Shown: piece by piece, positions 58,093 to 64,000 of the stretch | How positions within the stretch are numbered: the stretch's first letter is position 1 | Layout of the letters: each line of letters opens with the position of its first letter | Source: a virus | IMG/VR virus record: IMGVR_UViG_3300046002_007411 | Coordinates: 32,001 to 96,000 of that record | Length of the DNA stretch: 64,000 bases | Strand: one strand, 5' to 3' | Position numbers and translations under genes: made by a program | The notes under the pieces: model-generated | Databases searched by the model: none | Seen by the model: only the letters and a program-made list of their open reading frames with translations | What the model was told of the DNA's origin: nothing

Positions 58093-59730
58093 TTATATAC
58101 TGAGATACCACTGGCCTGGTCTATATAGTCCGTTTACAAGGTTACTCCAATTTTCATTTTTCCATTGGAGATATCTACCTGTCAATAGACTGTAAACCCA
58201 GTAGGTGTCATCTACATGCGCAGTGGGATCAAAATCCACAAACCAACTGCTGCCATCATATTCCACAATACTGTTTGTCACAGCGGCCAAATTTCCCATC
58301 CAGGCAATATTGGTCTCGGGCATGTCATCTGTTAACAAGTATCTTTGTCCTGTCTGTGCAGGAGGCAATCCAGCATTGGGACCAGAAAGCTGAGGGTTAA
58401 CTACTGCATTAATAGTTGTGATTTCTGTTCCTGGTAATGTGGAATCATCCAAGCGCCAGATAATTTTGTTTTGATCCTGTGGATCAAAATCCATGTAGCC
58501 TTCTATAGCAGGCTCAGTTTTATCGGGATTTTCCGTCAAGCGTATCTTGAGCTTGCTGCCTTGAGTTGCCCATTGATCATAACTGCGAAAATCACCAAAA
58601 GGTTTGAAAAATCTCCACCAAGCCAAGTCACCACCATTGTAAGTAGCAGGCAAGCCCAAGCTATTCAAAACTCCCGGGGTTATTTCGGCAAAAGTTTGAT
58701 CTAAAACATTGGTGCTAATAAACTGTATTTGATTTTGATTGAATAGCAGACAGTTGTAAGTATCATTAGGAAGTTGACTGCGTATTTCACTAACCATGCT
58801 AGAAACATTTGTGCTGCTGGTTAAGGTATATGTATTTGAGTTCCATGTAAACTGACTGCCAGGATCTACCACAGGATTGGACCAACTCCAAACAACTGTG
58901 GGATTTTGATCAGTATCTGTAGTAACCCCGGCACTGTTGGCAAGTTTGATTTTAGTTAGACCGTTTTCCTGAACAACCACTATGCCGCTGTTGCCAGGTG
59001 TAGTCCACATTCTAGCTAGGAACTCTTCAGTTGTCCACTCCATGTCCGAAATAGGAGTTGAAGGATCAATAATATTGGTAATGATTTCTTGAATCAGGCT
59101 TTGTCGTTTAACTTTAGCTGGGGGATTGATCCAAATAGGAATACGGAAGTTCAAGGTCATAACATCAATTGGATTATCTGTGCCTTGCGGAATACTTCTA
59201 CTAGACCAAGTTATGCTTTCTTGCATTTCAAGAACAGTTAACCAACTCCAATCCAGAGGATTAACACTGGTTTGAATATCAATGCTGGGATTGTAAAGCA
59301 CTAAAATCTGTTCAGCAAGCTGCTCTTTGCTGTCCAAGTTATTGGTCCAAATATCCACTTGCACTGTCAAATCATAAGGCACTGGCATGTAACGTTGAAC
59401 AGTATATCTGTTGCCTACATCATTACCGTATCGTTGTGTTTCAGTGTTGTAGTTTCGTTCGTTAACTTGCACAGTGTCTACCAAAGTGGGATCTTGGCGG
59501 CGAGTGTTATTCATGGCAATGTCACGAATGAACACTGTTATAAAAGGGCAACTGAGTAGCTTGTTTTCACTGCCGCCGCGCACAACATTTTCAGCTATGC
59601 GGCTGGGATCGCCATATCTACAGGGGACACGACGCAACGTGCCGTCTCCATATTTCACAGAGAAGTTGCTAAATGCACGAATAATCTGCATTCGATAGTT
59701 GCGTAGTTGTCCGCTGTAAAAATGATCCAT
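58093..59730 (-). CDS. tail terminator / sheath stabiliser (gp15-like) with C-terminal extension
   Basis: FYSGQLR, VP..YG, PVPYDL, EQILVLYNP, TLNF. Confidence 0.82.
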   Translation of the reverse strand: MDHFYSGQLRNYRMQIIRAFSNFSVKYGDGTLRRVPCRYGDPSRIAENVVRGGSENKLLSCPFITVFIRDIAMNNTRRQDPTLVDTVQVNERNYNTETQRYGNDVGNRYTVQRYMPVPYDLTVQVDIWTNNLDSKEQLAEQILVLYNPSIDIQTSVNPLDWSWLTVLEMQESITWSSRSIPQGTDNPIDVMTLNFRIPIWINPPAKVKRQSLIQEIITNIIDPSTPISDMEWTTEEFLARMWTTPGNSGIVVVQENGLTKIKLANSAGVTTDTDQNPTVVWSWSNPVVDPGSQFTWNSNTYTLTSSTNVSSMVSEIRSQLPNDTYNCLLFNQNQIQFISTNVLDQTFAEITPGVLNSLGLPATYNGGDLAWWRFFKPFGDFRSYDQWATQGSKLKIRLTENPDKTEPAIEGYMDFDPQDQNKIIWRLDDSTLPGTEITTINAVVNPQLSGPNAGLPPAQTGQRYLLTDDMPETNIAWMGNLAAVTNSIVEYDGSSWFVDFDPTAHVDDTYWVYSLLTGRYLQWKNENWSNLVNGLYRPGQWYLSI

Positions 59731-59734
59731 GCTT

Positions 59735-60346
59735 TTATGAAATTATTGACAAATAACGATTATAACGAGCTATTCTATCATCCAAACCATGTGTGCCACC
59801 ATTGATGATTTTGGTCAGTTTAACATGATCCTGTTGATCAGCTACTGGATTGCAGTTGTTTGCTGTCCAGAACCAACAAGCACTGGCTAGAGCACCATCG
59901 GGAGTAACAAGGAAGTCGGGATCATCAAGCAGGCTTTCATCACTAAACACTGTTTGACTGCAACGAGTATAGTTGCTTTTGCCTGTTAGCTGAATTAATC
60001 CACGTCCGCGAAATCTAAAACCTTCGCCTGATTCTTCTGGACCATTGCCCATGCGTCCGCCATAAACTCTGTTCGCTATTTTTTGTGGTTGACGATGATA
60101 CGGTTGTGCTTGTGCATCACTGCTAAAATATTTTGGAAATACCACACGCAGACGTTCACTGCTGTAGTTGAGGTTTTCTTCTAGTATTTTCCAATCGGCA
60201 CTTTCATGACCAGTTTGTGCTAGAAATGCTGCAATGCGATGTGGAGTGTTTATTTCCCAACGAGTTGCTGCTTGCACAAAAGGTTCATACCAAGTTTCCA
60301 TTGAGGTTTTTGGGAAGCATTGTTGTAGTTGTTCTTGTGTAATCAT
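59735..60346 (-). CDS. glycoside hydrolase family 19 endolysin
   Basis: AAFLAQTGHES, ENLNYS, FRGRGLIQLTGK.NY, SACWFW, TKIINGG. Confidence 0.93.
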   Translation of the reverse strand: MITQEQLQQCFPKTSMETWYEPFVQAATRWEINTPHRIAAFLAQTGHESADWKILEENLNYSSERLRVVFPKYFSSDAQAQPYHRQPQKIANRVYGGRMGNGPEESGEGFRFRGRGLIQLTGKSNYTRCSQTVFSDESLLDDPDFLVTPDGALASACWFWTANNCNPVADQQDHVKLTKIINGGTHGLDDRIARYNRYLSIIS

Positions 60347-60360
60347 TCCAGGGTCCTTTT

Positions 60361-61467
60361 TTAAATAATGTCTGGATCAAGTTTAGGAGGTATAACTTCG
60401 TTAAGCGGCTGCTTTTGTGTAATAGTTGTACCATCCTGTAAATTAGTTATATTGTCGTTGTTGATGAATGTTGCGAGCAAGCGGTTTGCTGGCAACCAAG
60501 GTGCGCGCCAGTTGGCTTCTGTTCTCCGCCAGCGATTTGCTTGCCATGTAAACAAAATAGCTGGACTCCAGTCGGTTCTAAGGAAGTAATCACCGTCGTG
60601 AGGAGTTGCAGGCCAACTATTTCCACTGGCAACAGGCTTGCTTTGGTTGGGAGGAATACCATCGCCAGCCCAAATAGTTACTGGTTTGTCTAAGTCACCT
60701 TGTAAAACATAAAACTGTGCTCCTTGAACGTTACGGAACGGCACTTTTTGTTCCGCAAGTTCCAATATAGCATCATTTATTTCCAGCTCAGCTGTACGTG
60801 TGCTTACCACATCTCCCACAGTGAGAGTGTTTCCACTGTTATCCAACACAGGGTTGCCCAAGCTATCCAAAAGCGGTTTATCTAATATATCCTTGAACTC
60901 TTGTGTGTCTTTCATAGGGTTGCACTTGATACGCCAAAGATGTGGCCACCAGCTAGGTGCATAACCTTCTGCTGGCCGAGTGCCTTCCTCTACCACATAA
61001 TATTTGCTTATGGCTGCAACACTGCCTTCAACTAAATCATCACGTTGATTCAAGATCTCTAGAACATCGCCAGCTGTAATACGTCGCCCCACTAAATCAA
61101 CCATGGTGTTCATGTGAAACGTGATAAAAAGGGTTTCGTTACTTAAAAACAAGCCAAACTGTCGCAAATCAAATTCTTGATCACTAACAGCATAATGTCC
61201 GCGAATACTGTAAACGTCGGGATCGTAACTACGATCTCTTATTTCCATGTTTAGCACGTCTTGAATGGTAAGATCACGGGAATCTGCACCAGTGAAATCT
61301 AGGTTCACAGTGGTGTCCGTAACCGCAACATTGGGGTTGGGACCCAGATACTTATGTAAATAAAACTCCACTCCACCAACTTGGTACTGTTGAGCTATTA
61401 TTTTGTCAGTAAACTTGTAGTCAAGAGTTTTGGTGCCTAATCCGCGCCATAAACTCAGTTTTGCCAT
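60361..61467 (-). CDS. neck / head-closure protein (gp14-like)
   Basis: L.QFGLFL....FITFH, GDVLEI; position beside gp15 and gp13. Confidence 0.7.
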   Translation of the reverse strand: MAKLSLWRGLGTKTLDYKFTDKIIAQQYQVGGVEFYLHKYLGPNPNVAVTDTTVNLDFTGADSRDLTIQDVLNMEIRDRSYDPDVYSIRGHYAVSDQEFDLRQFGLFLSNETLFITFHMNTMVDLVGRRITAGDVLEILNQRDDLVEGSVAAISKYYVVEEGTRPAEGYAPSWWPHLWRIKCNPMKDTQEFKDILDKPLLDSLGNPVLDNSGNTLTVGDVVSTRTAELEINDAILELAEQKVPFRNVQGAQFYVLQGDLDKPVTIWAGDGIPPNQSKPVASGNSWPATPHDGDYFLRTDWSPAILFTWQANRWRRTEANWRAPWLPANRLLATFINNDNITNLQDGTTITQKQPLNEVIPPKLDPDII

Positions 61468-61490
61468 TGCCTACTCCTAGTTTCAAATAT

Positions 61491-62855
61491 TTATGAAGAT
61501 TTGAATGGCTTGTATTTGAAACTGATTTTACCTGATATTCTGCTGCTGAAATAGCTTTTGCCTGCATCAAGATATACTGTGCCATTATATTCTGGTGGAT
61601 ATATGGCAGAAAATCCAGTTACAGCAACATTGTTACCTTGAACACGAGCTTGTGTATAAACTTGCAAAATACTAGCTTGGTTTAAAAATGCCAAGCAACC
61701 TTCACCAAACGATGGAATCAGATTGATATGTTTACTTACATTTTTGGCTACATTGGCAATCAAAACATAACCTACTTTGAATCCTGGTACGTCTTGTTTA
61801 CTGCCATATTCATTAAACAAAGCTTGTGCTGCTTTAGATAGCTTGCTGGACTCAGTTAGGTCTTTTTGCACCACTGAGCGAATTTCATTTGCTAGTTTGG
61901 TTGTTATCAGCTCAAAACGCAAAGCCAACGCCAGGGGTCCTTCTTCTGCAGAGTTGTCATTAATAACTTGCATGATATCAATCATGTCAGCATGTTCTTC
62001 TAGCAAATCATTGCGATTGTTTTGCTGTGCTTTCACAATAGCTGACCAAATATTTGCACTGCTTGCATTGGCCCCGCTGGCACCTTTGCTGCTGATTCCC
62101 AGCACAGCACCTTTTTTGCTCACAAAGTTGCTGTCTACCAAGTTGTTGTTTTTTCCTTGAGGCCATTGAACTTGACATGACTTCCAAGGTGCCCGTAGCA
62201 CTTCACGTCTGGCCAAGTCAGCATCGCCTCCGATCATTCCCTGCCAAAGTGCAATAGGCTGCATGATTTCACCAAGGTAGTCTCTAATAGCTTCAAGATT
62301 TTCTGCTTGATTCTCAAATACCGGCATTTGACCTTGAGCTAGCTGACGTAGTCCTGCCATGATTTCTTCATTAGCACCGCGACTTTCAATCCAATCTAGT
62401 AGTTGTGCAGTGTTTGCAAATGCCTGTTCACTACCTATCAAATCTTGAGGTGTTAGTCCAGTTTTCATTTTCTTGGCACTGCGAGTTTGCAAATGCCAAG
62501 TGCCGGGAGTTTCATTATTACCCCAACTGCCTATTAGGTTTTTGGGAACGCTTTGATAGTGACGACCCCAAAGCATGGGTTCACCATTATCTAAAACCAG
62601 TTCGGCAATAGCAAATGCTAGATAATTTTTGTTACGAGCATTAACCCATAGGATTTTTTGCCCAGTTTGTTGTTCTATTTGCAGCTTGGCTTGATCACAT
62701 TGGTCAATATCTGGAAAACTATCCTTATCAGGATACATGGTTATTTTGGTAAAGCGAGCTGATTGATTGTTATCATCAGTAAAAACATCGCCAGGCTTGC
62801 GACCAAATAAACCTTTTGCTTCCCAAAGTGGTTGAATAAATTCCTGGTGTCGCAT
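61491..62855 (-). CDS. hypothetical protein, possible restriction-fold nuclease
   Basis: 454 aa; YLGE...LVDS...ISSK pattern. Confidence 0.6.
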   Translation of the reverse strand: MRHQEFIQPLWEAKGLFGRKPGDVFTDDNNQSARFTKITMYPDKDSFPDIDQCDQAKLQIEQQTGQKILWVNARNKNYLAFAIAELVLDNGEPMLWGRHYQSVPKNLIGSWGNNETPGTWHLQTRSAKKMKTGLTPQDLIGSEQAFANTAQLLDWIESRGANEEIMAGLRQLAQGQMPVFENQAENLEAIRDYLGEIMQPIALWQGMIGGDADLARREVLRAPWKSCQVQWPQGKNNNLVDSNFVSKKGAVLGISSKGASGANASSANIWSAIVKAQQNNRNDLLEEHADMIDIMQVINDNSAEEGPLALALRFELITTKLANEIRSVVQKDLTESSKLSKAAQALFNEYGSKQDVPGFKVGYVLIANVAKNVSKHINLIPSFGEGCLAFLNQASILQVYTQARVQGNNVAVTGFSAIYPPEYNGTVYLDAGKSYFSSRISGKISFKYKPFKSS

Positions 62856-64000
62856 TTACTGACCTGCTTTCATTGTGACTTCTTGGAAGATAGAACGACT
62901 TTCATCACGTTGTGGTTTGTGGCTAACACCCATGCCCTTGCGAGTTATGTCCATGAGATACTTGATCCAATCTTGCCCCAGAGCGGTTTCATCAAAACCT
63001 TGACTCCACACATTATATTGTTGTTTGTCACTTGCTTGAGGATCTTTAAGGATGTTTCTCAGTTTGGTAAAACTCATGCCAGTTGTTCGCGGCGTGGGAT
63101 TAAGAGAGACTTTGACATGTTCATAGCCAGGAAACTTATTCACAGATTTCATTATAGCTTGTGCCAATGGCATGTCTTTCTGATCTTCACCAACCATTAT
63201 AACAACGTTATCATAGCGAGGAGCTTGTCCCCGACGTGGATTGACCAACTCATGCTTGATCTTTTGCATAAGTGATCCTCCTTGTTGAACAGCACTGATA
63301 TTCGAGGCATATTCAGGATCTAGCTTGTGCCAAGTTTGTGTTTTAACAGAGGGTGGTATGGGATCATCAACTCCCACAGCATTGCCTATGAACAAATAAG
63401 GATCGGCTTGGAGTTTTTGTGCTTGTTCTTTTGTAAGCCTCCACAGCTCTTGATGACCTTTGTGTCCCACAAAACTTCCAATAGCTACTACAGCAGTTTT
63501 TGCCTTGCCTTTCACAGCAGGTGGGGCCTTGGCAGCCATGGCTTGTTTCATTTGAGGTGATGTTACTTTAAACACTTGTCCACTGGGCATGTTGACAATA
63601 ATGCCTTCCATGGTATTGCCAAGAACATTTTTACCTCTTAGTTTGGGACTGGTCAAAATTGTTTGACTGAGCTTTTCTCTAGCAGCATCAAGTTTGTCTT
63701 TGTTTGCAACACGATTTTTGGGATCAAGGTCCGCAACCGGCTCAACTATTTTCTCGACATCCAATCCAGAATGTTCCAGTTGGTTGTTGATTATTTTTAC
63801 ATCACTTGTGCTGGCGTCCGTCAACTGCTTTTTGATTTCTGCGGATTGCTGTTCAGGTAGTTCAGTGCCTGTGCTGAACTTTTTAAAAGCAAATGGCACC
63901 AAGGTCATAACCTTACCAAGTTCCTTGGGATCGTAACTGATATTAACAAACTTTAAACCATCCTCAGTTTGCTGGGCCATGGGCCTATATAACATTTCCG
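62856..64000 (-). CDS. ligase-like domain fused to HxGH (cytidylyltransferase-like) nucleotidyltransferase; probably 5'-truncated
   Basis: EGIIV...VFKV, then VVAIGSFVGHKGH, MVGEDQ, SFTKLR; frame open to window edge. Confidence 0.65.
   Translation of the reverse strand, partial: EMLYRPMAQQTEDGLKFVNISYDPKELGKVMTLVPFAFKKFSTGTELPEQQSAEIKKQLTDASTSDVKIINNQLEHSGLDVEKIVEPVADLDPKNRVANKDKLDAAREKLSQTILTSPKLRGKNVLGNTMEGIIVNMPSGQVFKVTSPQMKQAMAAKAPPAVKGKAKTAVVAIGSFVGHKGHQELWRLTKEQAQKLQADPYLFIGNAVGVDDPIPPSVKTQTWHKLDPEYASNISAVQQGGSLMQKIKHELVNPRRGQAPRYDNVVIMVGEDQKDMPLAQAIMKSVNKFPGYEHVKVSLNPTPRTTGMSFTKLRNILKDPQASDKQQYNVWSQGFDETALGQDWIKYLMDITRKGMGVSHKPQRDESRSIFQEVTMKAGQ

Noticed and set aside
1-64000. Stop-codon reassignment
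   Set aside because: Core genes are full length in code 11, and TAA, TGA and TAG all end genes.
1-64000. tRNA genes, CRISPR array, introns, inteins
   Set aside because: Intergenic gaps are short and show no cloverleaf or repeat-spacer pattern; NrdA, terminase, helicase and UvsX are uninterrupted. Not confirmed with tRNAscan or Infernal.

Overview
64 kb of a large T4-like myovirus (jumbo-phage) genome in the standard genetic code, mostly on the minus strand. Replication, recombination and nucleotide genes: type II topoisomerase (gp39/60 and gp52), NrdAB with glutaredoxin, gp41 helicase, gp61 primase, a miniature DnaE, gp62-like protein, UvsW/UvsX/UvsY, gp32 and dNMP kinase. Morphogenesis genes: gp16/gp17 terminase, gp4, gp13/14/15, sheath, tube, tailspike/fibre and many probable head proteins. 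There are also two candidate lysins, two free-standing homing-endonuclease-like genes and host-like auxiliary genes (TilS, which the ORF track missed; agmatinase; BI-1/YccA; Usg; Nudix; TPR-glycosyltransferase). Usg, the YccA type and apparent leaderless starts suggest an alphaproteobacterial host (inference). Best leads: (1) a 196-aa stripped-down Pol III alpha core near a primase with a partly degenerate TOPRIM site; (2) an EcoRI/MunI-like nuclease coupled to a Dam-fold methyltransferase with an altered specificity residue; (3) phage TilS; (4) recurrent hairpins that enclose late promoters and hide ribosome-binding sites; (5) a fibre plus glycosyltransferase cassette inserted into the nrd operon. 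No tRNA, rRNA, CRISPR array, intein or intron was seen. All calls come from motif recognition by eye; no database was searched.
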